Part shown: in pieces, positions 19,654-29,312 of the stretch | Layout: every line of letters begins with the position of its first letter | Position numbering within the stretch: position 1 is the stretch's first letter | NCBI GenBank assembly: GCA_003141895.1 | Contig: PLNT01000040.1 | Span: 80,266 to 144,265, forward strand | DNA: 64,000 nt | Origin: Bacteroidales bacterium | GTDB taxonomy: Bacteria > Bacteroidota > Bacteroidia > Bacteroidales > VadinHA17 | Direction of reading: 5' to 3' | Position numbers and translations under genes: made by a program | Notes under the pieces: generated by a model | What the model saw: only the letters and a program-made list of their open reading frames with translations | Database searches by the model: none | Told to the model about the DNA's origin: nothing

Positions 19654-20739
19654 ATGAAAAACAGCGTAAAGATAACGTTAACCCTTGAAGACGGAACAAT
19701 TTATCACGGGCGTTCATTCGGTTCCTGCGTGCCTGCTGCGGGAGAAGTAGTGTTCAACACTGCCATGACCGGTTATCCTGAGAGCTTAACAGATCCTTCC
19801 TACCGTGGTCAGATACTCTGCCTTACGTATCCACTGGTTGGTAACTATGGAGCGCCGGCAAAAAGCGAAGAAAATGATTTGTTTCGCTTTTATGAATCAT
19901 CATCAGTACATATTTCAGGATTGATAGTCTCTGATTACTCATTTGAATACAGTCATTGGAATGCTACCGAGAGTCTTGACGAATGGCTAAAAAGAAATAT
20001 TGTACCGGGGATCTATGGGATTGACACAAGAGCACTGACCAAAAGAATCCGTGAAAAGGGAGCTATGCTTGGAAAGATTGAACCTGAAGGAACAGGAATA
20101 GGTTTTTATGACCCGAACAAAGTAAATCTTGTTGCTGAAGTAAGTACTAATGAAAAAAAAGTATATGGTACCGGCAGGTATAAGATATTGCTCGTTGACT
20201 GTGGAGTAAAGTACAATATAATCAGGAATCTTTTAAAAAGGGATACTACTATAATAAGGGTACCCTGGGATTATGATTATCATACTGAAGAGTTTGATGG
20301 ACTGTTTCTTACAAATGGCCCGGGTGATCCTAAAATGTGCGGGAGAACAATTCAAAATATTAAAAAATCTTTTGATAGTGATAAACCAATTTTTGGAATA
20401 TGTCTGGGAAACCAGTTAATGGCTCTCGCGTCGGGAGCTGATACATATAAACTGAAATACGGGCACAGAAGCCATAATCAACCAGTTCTTCAGGTCGGTA
20501 CCGATAAAGCATACATCACTTCACAGAACCATGGATTTGCTGTTGATAATAAAACTCTTGGAGCAGATTGGGAGCCATTTTTCATCAATATCAATGACGG
20601 TACGAATGAGGGTATGAGGCATAAAAGCAAACCATTCTTCTCAACCCAGTTTCATCCCGAAGCATCCGGGGGACCAACTGATACGGATTATCTTTTTGAT
20701 GTTTTTATTGAGAATATCAGGAAATCAAAAGAAACCTGA
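19654..20739 (+). CDS. carA: Carbamoyl-phosphate synthase small subunit
   Basis: GEVVFNT, LTDPSY, NGPGDP, GICLGNQ, QFHPEA. Confidence 0.96.
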   Translation: MKNSVKITLTLEDGTIYHGRSFGSCVPAAGEVVFNTAMTGYPESLTDPSYRGQILCLTYPLVGNYGAPAKSEENDLFRFYESSSVHISGLIVSDYSFEYSHWNATESLDEWLKRNIVPGIYGIDTRALTKRIREKGAMLGKIEPEGTGIGFYDPNKVNLVAEVSTNEKKVYGTGRYKILLVDCGVKYNIIRNLLKRDTTIIRVPWDYDYHTEEFDGLFLTNGPGDPKMCGRTIQNIKKSFDSDKPIFGICLGNQLMALASGADTYKLKYGHRSHNQPVLQVGTDKAYITSQNHGFAVDNKTLGADWEPFFININDGTNEGMRHKSKPFFSTQFHPEASGGPTDTDYLFDVFIENIRKSKET

Positions 20740-20744
20740 TGAAT

Positions 20745-20815
20745 GCTGGCGCGGATTTGTAATCCGTGTCGTTTCTATTGACCATTTTTGGCACGGATTG
20801 CAAATCCGCGCCAGC
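20745..20815. repeat. REP-doublet (REPIN-like) inverted repeat
   Basis: GCTGGCGCGGATTTGTAATCCGTGTC (20745-20770) / GGCACGGATTGCAAATCCGCGCCAGC (20790-20815); each arm is itself a hairpin. Confidence 0.8.
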
Positions 20816-20823
20816 TTAGGTCT

Positions 20824-22182
20824 TCAGACATCGCTTTTACCGTTCGTTACATGGTGCATCATCTTGTCTGCGAGTTCCGACGCAGGCCGGTTCTTAAAAC
20901 TCTGCATTCTTTTTTCAAATATTTCAGCTATCTCCTTGTTACACAAATTGCCGATGCTTCCTTCATGAACATAATCCGACAATGTAGTTCTTGAGAATGT
21001 TGAGTTTTTAACCATATCGGAAACTGCTTTATATGCATCTCTGAAGGGAATACCCTGTTTAACCAGCCGGTTCACTTCCTCTGTGCTGAAAATTGTATTG
21101 TATAATGGATTTTCGGTGATATTTTTTTTGATCTTAATATTATTGAGCATTAGAAGCATAATTTCGATGCAATCTCTCAGTTCATTGAAAGCATCAAAAA
21201 TCAGTTGTTTAAGGAGTTGAAGATCCCTGTTATACCCTGAAGGCAGATTGGTTGTCAATATTGCGATCTGGTTAGGTAACGTCTGAAGAACATTCGATCT
21301 TCCTCTTATCAGCTCAAATACATCAGGATTTCTCTTTTGAGGCATTATACTCGAACCGGTAATATATTCATCGGGAAAATCAATGAATCTGAATTCGGAA
21401 GTCATGAAAAGACACACATCCATCGAAAAACGGGAAAGTGTTTGTGCCACTGACGCAAGAGCCGAAGCAATTGCCAGTTCGATTTTTCCTCTGCTCAAAC
21501 TGGCATATGCTGAGTTGTAGAGAAGGTCGTCAAACTCAAGAAGATCGGATGTAAGTTTCCTGTTAATCGGCAGAGTAGTTCCATATCCTGCTGCAGTTCC
21601 AAGAGGATTCTGATTGTTCAGGGTCCTTGCTGCAGCAAGAAGTACGATATCGTCAGCAAGAGATTCTGCATATGCTCCAAACCATAAGCCGAAAGATGAG
21701 ACCATTGCGGGCTGCATGTGGGTATACCCCGGCAAAAGGATCTCTTTATACTGTTCACTTAATGTCTGAAACCGTGTGAAAAGACTTTGAATCAGAACTG
21801 ACAGTTTATCAATCTCTTCCCTTATATAAAGACGAATATCAACCAGAACCTGATCATTCCTCGATCGTCCGGTATGAATTTTTTTCCCAGTAGTACCTAG
21901 GATTGAAGACATTTCCTTCTCAATCTGTGAGTGAATATCTTCTACATCTTTTTCGATTACGAGACTTCCTTCTGCATCCCAGACAAATAATGAATGAAGG
22001 GCTTTCAGTAATCCGTTTTTTTCATCTTCTGAAACTAATCCGACATCTTGGAGCATTATAACATGAGCCATAGAACCAATTATATCCCACTTTGTGAGAG
22101 CAAGATCGGTTTTCCTGTCTTTGCCAGCTGTAAATTCGATGATAGCAGGTTCGGGATTAATCCCTTTTTCCCAGAGTTTCAT
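20824..22182 (-). CDS. argH: Argininosuccinate lyase
   Basis: HTGRSRNDQV, PGYTHMQPA, GSSIMPQKRNPD, GYNRDLQ. Confidence 0.96.
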   Translation of the reverse strand: MKLWEKGINPEPAIIEFTAGKDRKTDLALTKWDIIGSMAHVIMLQDVGLVSEDEKNGLLKALHSLFVWDAEGSLVIEKDVEDIHSQIEKEMSSILGTTGKKIHTGRSRNDQVLVDIRLYIREEIDKLSVLIQSLFTRFQTLSEQYKEILLPGYTHMQPAMVSSFGLWFGAYAESLADDIVLLAAARTLNNQNPLGTAAGYGTTLPINRKLTSDLLEFDDLLYNSAYASLSRGKIELAIASALASVAQTLSRFSMDVCLFMTSEFRFIDFPDEYITGSSIMPQKRNPDVFELIRGRSNVLQTLPNQIAILTTNLPSGYNRDLQLLKQLIFDAFNELRDCIEIMLLMLNNIKIKKNITENPLYNTIFSTEEVNRLVKQGIPFRDAYKAVSDMVKNSTFSRTTLSDYVHEGSIGNLCNKEIAEIFEKRMQSFKNRPASELADKMMHHVTNGKSDV

Positions 22183-22225
22183 TTTGATGATTTATTAGAT
22201 TTAAAATCCATTACCCTTGTTTATT

Positions 22226-22472
22226 GCCCCCCCATCGGGGCTTTTGAAAAAGTCTACTATTCTTCCACTTTTTATTCTTCTGAACCCTTCCCCCATCCCC
22301 TTCCCTTAAACAGTAAGGGAAGGGGAGTATTCCTTTGAATCACAATGATTTGTTCAAAAAACAACAAAATGCCTTTTCCAACAGCCCCGCTAATTCTCAA
22401 TATTGAATCAAAATTCAGCTAAGCGAGAAGTATTGTTCCCCCTTTAGGGGGATCCCGCGAAGCGGGAGGGGG
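22226..22472. repeat. Cluster of C/G-run palindromes in the argG-argH spacer
   Basis: GCCCC..GGGGC; CCCCTTCCCTTA...TAAGGGAAGGGG; TCCCCCTTTAGGGGGA-TCCCGC-gaa-GCGGGA-GGGGG. Confidence 0.65.
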
Positions 22473-23705
22473 TCATTTCTTCTGACTGGCTTCAATTATC
22501 GCTCTGTGAGCCATGAGCCTGATAGCATTGATCCTTATGAATCCTTTGCTGTCAGTCTGATCAAATCCTCCTTCAATATCCATACTTGAAAGTTTCTTAT
22601 TATATAGAGATGATGGAGATTCACGACCTTCAATCAGAACATTCCCTTTATAAAGACAGAGATGTACACTTCCGTCAATTAGTTCCTGACTTTTTTCGAT
22701 GGCAGCCATAAGAAAATCCATTTCAGGACTAAACCAGAAACCATTATAAATAATCTCTGCAAACTTGGGAGTAAGCATATTCACTAGTCTCATTACCTCC
22801 CTGTCCATTGCTATTCCCTCGATATCCTTATGTGCAATATGTAAAACTGTTGCAGCAGGAGTTTCATAAACGCCTCTCGATTTAATACCGACAAACCTGT
22901 TTTCTACCATATCAAGAAGGCCGATTCCGTTCTTGCCTGCAAGTTCATTCAAATAAACATACATATCATAGGAATCTTCTTTTACAGTGCCGTCTTCCTT
23001 GTTGACAAGCTTAACCGGGATTCCGTTTTTGAAATGTATAACTATCCGAGTTTCTTTGTCCGGGGCATCCTGTGGCATGACCATTTTTTCGAGCATACTT
23101 TTATGAAGAGTATACATGGGGTCTTCCAGGACTCCAGCCTCATGACTTATATGCATCAGATTATCATCTTCACTATAAGGTTTATCAATGCTTGCTTTAA
23201 CAGGAATCTTCTTTTCGGAAGCGTATTTCAGCAGATCTGTCCTTCCTTTAAATGTTGCAAGGAACTCTTTGTCTTTCCAGGGAGAAATAACCTTGACCCC
23301 CGGCATAAGAGCATAATAGCATAACTCAAACCTAACCTGGTCATTACCTTTTCCTGTTGCACCGTGTGCTACTGCATTGGCGCCTTCGGCCTTGGCCACT
23401 TCAATCTGCTTTTTTGCTATCAGAGGCCTGGCAAGAGCCGTACCGAGAAGGTATCTGTCTTCATAAATTGCATTGGCCATTATTGCTTTAAGAACATATC
23501 CGTCAATGAATTCCCTCTTCAGATCAGCAATGATGACTTTTGATGCCCCAAGCAGCAACGCCTTCTTCCTACACTCTTCAAAATCGTCAGCCTGACCAAC
23601 ATCCGCAACAAATGCAATGACTTCATAATTCTTTTCAATTAACCATTTTAGAATAACTGAAGTATCCAAACCACCGCTATACGCGAGAACAACCTTTTCT
23701 TTCAT
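22473..23705 (-). CDS. argG: Argininosuccinate synthase
   Basis: [50 protein letters not shown]. Confidence 0.97.
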   Translation of the reverse strand: MKEKVVLAYSGGLDTSVILKWLIEKNYEVIAFVADVGQADDFEECRKKALLLGASKVIIADLKREFIDGYVLKAIMANAIYEDRYLLGTALARPLIAKKQIEVAKAEGANAVAHGATGKGNDQVRFELCYYALMPGVKVISPWKDKEFLATFKGRTDLLKYASEKKIPVKASIDKPYSEDDNLMHISHEAGVLEDPMYTLHKSMLEKMVMPQDAPDKETRIVIHFKNGIPVKLVNKEDGTVKEDSYDMYVYLNELAGKNGIGLLDMVENRFVGIKSRGVYETPAATVLHIAHKDIEGIAMDREVMRLVNMLTPKFAEIIYNGFWFSPEMDFLMAAIEKSQELIDGSVHLCLYKGNVLIEGRESPSSLYNKKLSSMDIEGGFDQTDSKGFIRINAIRLMAHRAIIEASQKK

Positions 23706-23765
23706 GAGCTTTATTTTTATTGAATTTTATTTTTTTTAATGCATTGATAATCTTTTAATTCATTA

Positions 23766-23844
23766 ACCCTCTTTCTTATTTCCCCCAAGGGGGAAATGAT
23801 AGATTTTACTCCTTCCCCCTTGGGGGAAGGTTGGGAAGGGGGTA
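23766..23844. repeat. About 78-bp C/G-run palindromic dispersed repeat, copy 1 (copy 2 at 37885-37959)
   Basis: TTTCCCCCAAGGGGGAAATGAT...ACTCCTTCCCCC(T/G)TGGGGGAAGGTTGGGAAGGGGGTA is shared by both copies. Confidence 0.85.
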
Positions 23845-23877
23845 TTTTAATGAAGGATTTTCATAATTATTATCGTT

Positions 23878-24360
23878 TTACTTTCTACTTTTTACTTGTT
23901 CGTGTATACCAGGTAGAATGATTTCAAGACACGTATGTACCTGTTGTATTGAAACTCCGTCTCTCGGGATAACAAGTATTGTATCATCACCTGCAATTGT
24001 ACCAGCTATCTCATATCTGCCTGCTCCATCTATAAAAAATGCTGTGTTGCTGGCATTTCCTGGAATAGTTTTGATCACCATAAGTCCTTTTGCCTCAACT
24101 ATTTCCTGAATAACGGGTACGATATTTAGTTTAAGTGAAGCTTTCTCAGGATTCCTGACTGTATCGGATAATGCATATCTGTATCCGCCGTTTCCATCGG
24201 GTACCCTGCCAGCTCCTAACTGCCTTAAATTGCGGGATAGCGTAGCCTGCGTACAGCTTATCCCTTTCCCTTTCAGCATTCTGAGCAACTCTCCCTGAAC
24301 CGAAATCTTTTCTTCAGAAATTATTTTCTCTATTGCCAGAAGTCTTTTAGTTTTTTGCAT
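23878..24360 (-). CDS. argR: Arginine repressor (ATG at 24360)
   Basis: TQATLSR helix-turn-helix; C-terminal GTIAGDDT arginine-binding motif. Confidence 0.93.
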   Translation of the reverse strand: MQKTKRLLAIEKIISEEKISVQGELLRMLKGKGISCTQATLSRNLRQLGAGRVPDGNGGYRYALSDTVRNPEKASLKLNIVPVIQEIVEAKGLMVIKTIPGNASNTAFFIDGAGRYEIAGTIAGDDTILVIPRDGVSIQQVHTCLEIILPGIHEQVKSRK

Positions 24361-24392
24361 ACTTATGCATTTATTTTGCAAATATATTCATT
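24354..24392. promoter_or_regulatory. Tandem ARG boxes between divergent argR and carB
   Basis: Cores TGCATACTTATGCA (24356-24369) and TGCAAATATATTCA (24377-24390), 21 bp apart (canonical 18+3 spacing). They overlap the argR start codon and a minus-strand TATATTTG -7 element. Confidence 0.8.
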
Positions 24393-24450
24393 TTTTCGAA
24401 ATTACAAATCCCAATTAAAAAATTATGCTATTTTTGAACCTCAAATCCGG

Positions 24451-27400
24451 ATGATGAAAGATGTAGTTAAAAAGGTAATAATCCTTGGTTCAGGGGCATT
24501 GAAAATCGGAGAAGCAGGAGAATTTGATTACTCCGGCTCCCAGGCTTTGAAAGCGTTAAAAGAAGAAGATGTCAGTACAGTCCTGATAAACCCTAATATC
24601 GCAACAGTTCAGACTTCAGAAGAACTGGCAGATAAAATCTACTTCCTGCCGGTTACGCCCTATTTTGTTGAAAAAGTGATTGCCAGGGAAAGACCTGATG
24701 GTATACTTCTGTCATTTGGAGGACAAACAGCACTTAACTGCGGAACAGAACTTTATAAAGCCGGAGTTTTTGAAAAATACGGAGTAAAAGTACTCGGTAC
24801 ACCTGTGACGGCCATAATGGATACTGAAGACAGGGAACTCTTTGTCAGAAAACTAAGGGAAATAGAGGTAAAAACACCGAGCAGTATTGCTGTAGCCGGA
24901 GTGGATGAAGCAATTGAAGCAGCCGGAAAACTTGGATACCCGATCATTATAAGGGCAGCATATACTCTGGGCGGCCAGGGAAGCGGTTTTGCCTCCAATC
25001 CCGATGAACTGAGAACCCTCGCATCAAAGGCTTTTTCATATTCCAGCCAGATACTCGTTGAAGAATCTCTTAAAGGCTGGAAAGAGGTTGAATACGAGGT
25101 CGTTAGGGATAAATACGATAATTGTATAACTGTTTGTAACATGGAGAATTTCGATCCTCTCGGGATACATACCGGCGAGAGTATTGTGGTTGCCCCATCG
25201 CAAACACTTACTAACAGCGAATATCATAAGTTGCGGGAACTTTCAATCAGGATAATAAGACATTTAGGGATAGTTGGTGAATGTAATGTTCAGTATGCTC
25301 TGGCGCCTGATTCCGAGGATTACAGGGTAATAGAAGTAAATGCGCGTCTGTCAAGATCCAGCGCACTTGCATCGAAAGCCACAGGTTATCCTCTGGCATT
25401 CATAGCTGCAAAACTGGGTATGGGATATGGCCTTCATGAACTTAAGAATTCAGTAACTAAAAATACAACTGCTTGTTTTGAGCCGGCTCTCGATTATATA
25501 GTATGCAAAATTCCACGATGGGATCTTAATAAATTTGAAGGGGTGTCTCATCTGATCGGAAGCAGCATGAAGAGCGTGGGTGAGGTTATGGCTATTGGCA
25601 GAACATTCGAAGAGGTTATCCAGAAAGGATTAAGAATGATCGGTCAGGGGATGCATGGATTTACAGGAAACCGTAACCTTGGATTTGAAGATATTGAGAA
25701 AGAACTCGCCGAACCTACCGATATGAGGATCTTTTCAATTGCGGAAGCCCTTGAGATCGGAATGCCTGTCGAAAGAATCTACGAGCTGACTAAGATTGAT
25801 AAATGGTTTCTGTTTAAGCTCAGGAATATCATAAGCATCAAACACGATCTTTGTAATTACCACACACTCGAGTCTATTCCTCCTGATCTCCTGGCCCATT
25901 CAAAAATTAATGGGTTCAGCGATTTTCAGATTGCAAGGCACGTATTGAAATCGGGTTCCGAACAAATAAATGACGACCTGATGAAAGTAAGAGCCTTCCG
26001 GAAAACCCTTGGCATTATTCCATATATTAAACAAATTGATACACTTGCCGCTGAATATCCTGCAGTTACTAACTACCTGTATCTCACATACAGTGGTTCG
26101 GAACACGATATAATATGTGAATCTGATAAAAAATCGATAATTGTTCTTGGATCAGGAGCTTACAGGATTGGCTCGAGTGTAGAATTTGACTGGTGTTCTG
26201 TCAATGCTATCGATACCATAAAAAAAGAAGGATTCAGATCGATAATGATAAATTACAATCCTGAAACGGTAAGTACTGATTACGATATATGCGACAGACT
26301 TTACTTTGACGAGCTGACCTTCGAGAGGGTACTGGACATAATTGAATTGGAAAATCCGGGAGGCGTTATCGTTTCAGTTGGAGGACAGATTCCAAATAAC
26401 CTGGCAATGAGATTACATAAGGAAAATGTACCGGTGCTTGGTACATCACCTGTTTCAATCGACAGAGCAGAAAATCGTCATAAATTTTCCGCTATGCTCG
26501 ATATTCTGAAAGTCGATCAGCCCCGCTGGAAAGAACTGTCAACCATCGATGATATTTTTGAATTTGTCGATCGTATTGGTTTTCCCGTTCTCATCAGACC
26601 GTCCTATGTTTTATCAGGAGCCGCAATGAACGTGGTTTCGAATAAAAATGAATTATCACATTTTCTGAAACTTGCGGCACAGGTCTCAAAACAATATCCG
26701 GTTGTTGTTTCGGAGTTTATTGAAAATGCAAAGGAAATTGAGATTGATGCGGTTGCCCGTGATGGCGAAATGTTAGCATATGCAATAAGCGAGCACGTCG
26801 AATTTGCAGGAGTTCATTCCGGAGATGCTACGATGGTCTTTCCGGCTCAAAAAATATATTTTGAAACGGCAAGAAGAATAAAACGTATTTCGCGACAGAT
26901 CTCAAAGGAACTGAATATTTCAGGACCCTTTAACATCCAGTTCCTGGCAAAAGACAATGATATTAAGGTCATCGAATGCAACCTCCGGGCCAGCCGGAGC
27001 ATGCCGTTTGTTTCGAAGGTTCTTAAAACAAATCTTATAGAGCTTGCCACCAAAGTTATGCTTGGTATACCGGCAGAAATACCCGGAAAAACAGTATTTG
27101 AACTCGATTACGTAGGAGTTAAAGCACCCCAGTTCAGTTTTTCACGACTTGCAAAGGCCGATCCTGTTCTCGGAGTTGATATGTCATCCACCGGAGAAGT
27201 AGGATGTATTGGAGAAGGATTTTATGAAGCAATTCTAAAAGCCATGTTTTCTGTTGGTTACAGAGTCCCAAAAAAAAGTATTTTGCTTTCGACCGGACCT
27301 GCAAGATCGAAAGTCGAGCTGTTGAACAGTGCCAGGGCACTTCGTGAAAAAGGTCATAAGCTTTACGCTACCAGGGGAACCCAGCAATTCCTTAAAAATG

Positions 27401-27675
27401 CAGGCGTTGAGTCTCATGTTGCCTACTGGCCCGATGAGAATAAGTCACCAAATACAATAGATCTGATAAAATCGAGGGAGGTTGATCTGGTTGTAAATAT
27501 TCCGAAAGATCTGAGCGATAAGGAGCTTAATAATGATTATACAATAAGAAGAAGTGCTGTTGACTATAACGTTCCGCTGATTACCAATGCACGTCTTGCA
27601 AGTGCGTTTATTCTTGCTTTCTGCAAGATGAGTATTGATGATCTGGCAATAAAGAGCTGGGATGAATACAAATGA
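24451..27675 (+). CDS. carB: Carbamoyl-phosphate synthase large subunit (ATG at 24451 or 24454)
   Basis: GEFDYSGSQA, two ATP-grasp halves (IEVNARLSRSS; IECNLRASRS), C-terminal MGS domain. Confidence 0.97.
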   Translation: MMKDVVKKVIILGSGALKIGEAGEFDYSGSQALKALKEEDVSTVLINPNIATVQTSEELADKIYFLPVTPYFVEKVIARERPDGILLSFGGQTALNCGTELYKAGVFEKYGVKVLGTPVTAIMDTEDRELFVRKLREIEVKTPSSIAVAGVDEAIEAAGKLGYPIIIRAAYTLGGQGSGFASNPDELRTLASKAFSYSSQILVEESLKGWKEVEYEVVRDKYDNCITVCNMENFDPLGIHTGESIVVAPSQTLTNSEYHKLRELSIRIIRHLGIVGECNVQYALAPDSEDYRVIEVNARLSRSSALASKATGYPLAFIAAKLGMGYGLHELKNSVTKNTTACFEPALDYIVCKIPRWDLNKFEGVSHLIGSSMKSVGEVMAIGRTFEEVIQKGLRMIGQGMHGFTGNRNLGFEDIEKELAEPTDMRIFSIAEALEIGMPVERIYELTKIDKWFLFKLRNIISIKHDLCNYHTLESIPPDLLAHSKINGFSDFQIARHVLKSGSEQINDDLMKVRAFRKTLGIIPYIKQIDTLAAEYPAVTNYLYLTYSGSEHDIICESDKKSIIVLGSGAYRIGSSVEFDWCSVNAIDTIKKEGFRSIMINYNPETVSTDYDICDRLYFDELTFERVLDIIELENPGGVIVSVGGQIPNNLAMRLHKENVPVLGTSPVSIDRAENRHKFSAMLDILKVDQPRWKELSTIDDIFEFVDRIGFPVLIRPSYVLSGAAMNVVSNKNELSHFLKLAAQVSKQYPVVVSEFIENAKEIEIDAVARDGEMLAYAISEHVEFAGVHSGDATMVFPAQKIYFETARRIKRISRQISKELNISGPFNIQFLAKDNDIKVIECNLRASRSMPFVSKVLKTNLIELATKVMLGIPAEIPGKTVFELDYVGVKAPQFSFSRLAKADPVLGVDMSSTGEVGCIGEGFYEAILKAMFSVGYRVPKKSILLSTGPARSKVELLNSARALREKGHKLYATRGTQQFLKNAGVESHVAYWPDENKSPNTIDLIKSREVDLVVNIPKDLSDKELNNDYTIRRSAVDYNVPLITNARLASAFILAFCKMSIDDLAIKSWDEYK

Positions 27676-27761
27676 AAGTCAAAAGTTAAAAGTCGAAAGT
27701 TAAAACCGTTTAAACTTCTTGACTTTATAGACTTTACAGACTTTACAGACTTTATAGACTT
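27675..27761. repeat. Inverted short tandem arrays (AAAGTYR)4 ... (GACTTTAYA)4
   Basis: 7-mer x4 at 27675-27702 and 9-mer x4.5 at 27721-27761; cores AAAGTC and GACTTT are complementary. Confidence 0.85.
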
Positions 27762-27770
27762 AAAAACAAC

Positions 27771-28220
27771 ATGATAACAATCCGGAAAGCAACACGCGAA
27801 GATGCAACAGTAATCATCGACTTCCAACAGAAAATGGCCTGGGAGACTGAACGGATGACCCTCGTTCACGACATAATTAACAAAGGTGTTAACGCCGTTT
27901 TCACTGAGCCTTCCAGAGGAAGGTACTGGGTCGCGGAAAACGAAGATGTAATAGTGGCTTCACTACTTATAACATTTGAATGGAGCGATTGGAGGAATTG
28001 TAATGTATGGTGGTTTCAGTCGGTTTACGTATTGCCTGAATTCCGGCGAAAAGGGATTTTCAGATCGATGTATCATCATATAAAAGGGGAGGCGGATAAA
28101 GAAGGCATTCCGGGTCTGCGTTTATACGTGGAAACAAATAATTTTCCGGCTCAAAATACGTATGAAGCACTTGGGATGAAAAGTCTTCACTATAAAATGT
28201 ATGAATGGATGAAGGAATAA
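27771..28220 (+). CDS. GNAT family N-acetyltransferase
   Basis: VYVLPEFRRKGI acetyl-CoA motif; EWSDWR; NxxAQxxY. Confidence 0.9.
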   Translation: MITIRKATREDATVIIDFQQKMAWETERMTLVHDIINKGVNAVFTEPSRGRYWVAENEDVIVASLLITFEWSDWRNCNVWWFQSVYVLPEFRRKGIFRSMYHHIKGEADKEGIPGLRLYVETNNFPAQNTYEALGMKSLHYKMYEWMKE

Positions 28221-28223
28221 AAA

Positions 28224-29312
28224 ATGAGTTGGCTTCCGCTTATATTAATCCTTCCTTATATAATACTTCTTTTAAAATGCTATAGAGGCCTGATACATCT
28301 TGAAGTCTTTAAGATATCAGCTGAACCTTCCACATTTGTATCAATAATAGTTGCCTGTCGTAATGAGGAGAAGAACCTTCCACCCCTGTTAGATTGTCTT
28401 GCTCTTCAGAATTACCCGGTTCATCTATTTGAGGTCATAATTATTAATGATAATTCAACAGATAGAACGTTTGATATCGCCCTGGAATTCAGGGGAATCA
28501 GGAATATACAAACTATTAACAACAGAGGAACCGGAAAGAAAGCTGCGCTAAGAACCGGAATAGATTCCGCTAAGGGTCCCATGATAATTACTACTGATGC
28601 AGATTGCATTATGGGCACGGAATGGATCAGGATAATTGCTGCTTTTTATGAACTTCACAAGCCTGAATTGATAATATGTCCCGTTCAGATAAAATCGGTT
28701 AGAGGATTTTTCGGTAACTTTCAGGCACTCGAATTTTTAAGTCTGCAGGGAACAACAGCCGGATTTGCTTCTGAAAATGAACCGGTTATGTGTAACGGAG
28801 CTAATCTGGCTTTTCCGCTAAATACCTATCTTAACCATTCAGCGAATCTGCATGAAGAATTAAATTCAGGTGATGATGTTTTCTTCATGCATAGCCTGAA
28901 GAAAGATAATAGTTCAAAAATTCTATGGCTCGAATCCCCAGAGGCAATTGTAACAACAGAATCGGTATCATCCTTCAGATTATATATTAAGCAAAGGAGC
29001 AGATGGATTTCTAAGAGCAGTGCTTATAAAGACAAATATACAATCGCCCTTGGAATTGTAACATTTGTTACAATTATTTTACAGATTTCCTATTCAATTT
29101 GGTTCATATTCAATCCATTTATAGCCTGGATCTTTTTCTCAATACTGGTGTTGAAAAGTATTCCTGATTATCTGATATTAAGAAATACAGCAAAGAGGTA
29201 TGGAAAAAGAAATCTGATGAGATGGTTTATCCCGGCTCAGTTAATTTATCCTGTTTATGTTCTGATTGTGGTGTTTCACTGTATTAGTTTCCCATCTCTG
29301 AAAGAAACTTAA
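28224..29312 (+). CDS. Membrane-bound GT2 glycosyltransferase
   Basis: DNSTD, DADC, GDD and QRSRW motifs; N- and C-terminal TM helices. Confidence 0.88.
   Translation: MSWLPLILILPYIILLLKCYRGLIHLEVFKISAEPSTFVSIIVACRNEEKNLPPLLDCLALQNYPVHLFEVIIINDNSTDRTFDIALEFRGIRNIQTINNRGTGKKAALRTGIDSAKGPMIITTDADCIMGTEWIRIIAAFYELHKPELIICPVQIKSVRGFFGNFQALEFLSLQGTTAGFASENEPVMCNGANLAFPLNTYLNHSANLHEELNSGDDVFFMHSLKKDNSSKILWLESPEAIVTTESVSSFRLYIKQRSRWISKSSAYKDKYTIALGIVTFVTIILQISYSIWFIFNPFIAWIFFSILVLKSIPDYLILRNTAKRYGKRNLMRWFIPAQLIYPVYVLIVVFHCISFPSLKET

Noticed and set aside
20696-20994. ORFs 20696-20968 and 20788-20994
   Set aside because: They span the REP doublet and run antisense to argH; treated as shadow ORFs.
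24355-24450. 32-aa N-terminal extension of CarB (also extended starts for rodA, argR, serS, permease 1 and the S41 peptidase)
   Set aside because: Extensions start at TTG or overlap promoters, operators or neighbouring genes; family-typical N-termini begin at the downstream ATG/GTG.
27675-27761. CRISPR array
   Set aside because: Units are 7-9 bp tandem repeats with no unique spacers and no cas genes. The same holds for 14048-14184 and 48152-48213.
27564-27869. 101-aa minus-strand ORF with KSIKSVKSVKSIKS
   Set aside because: Periodicity is the translated 9-mer repeat; it is antisense to carB and the GNAT gene.
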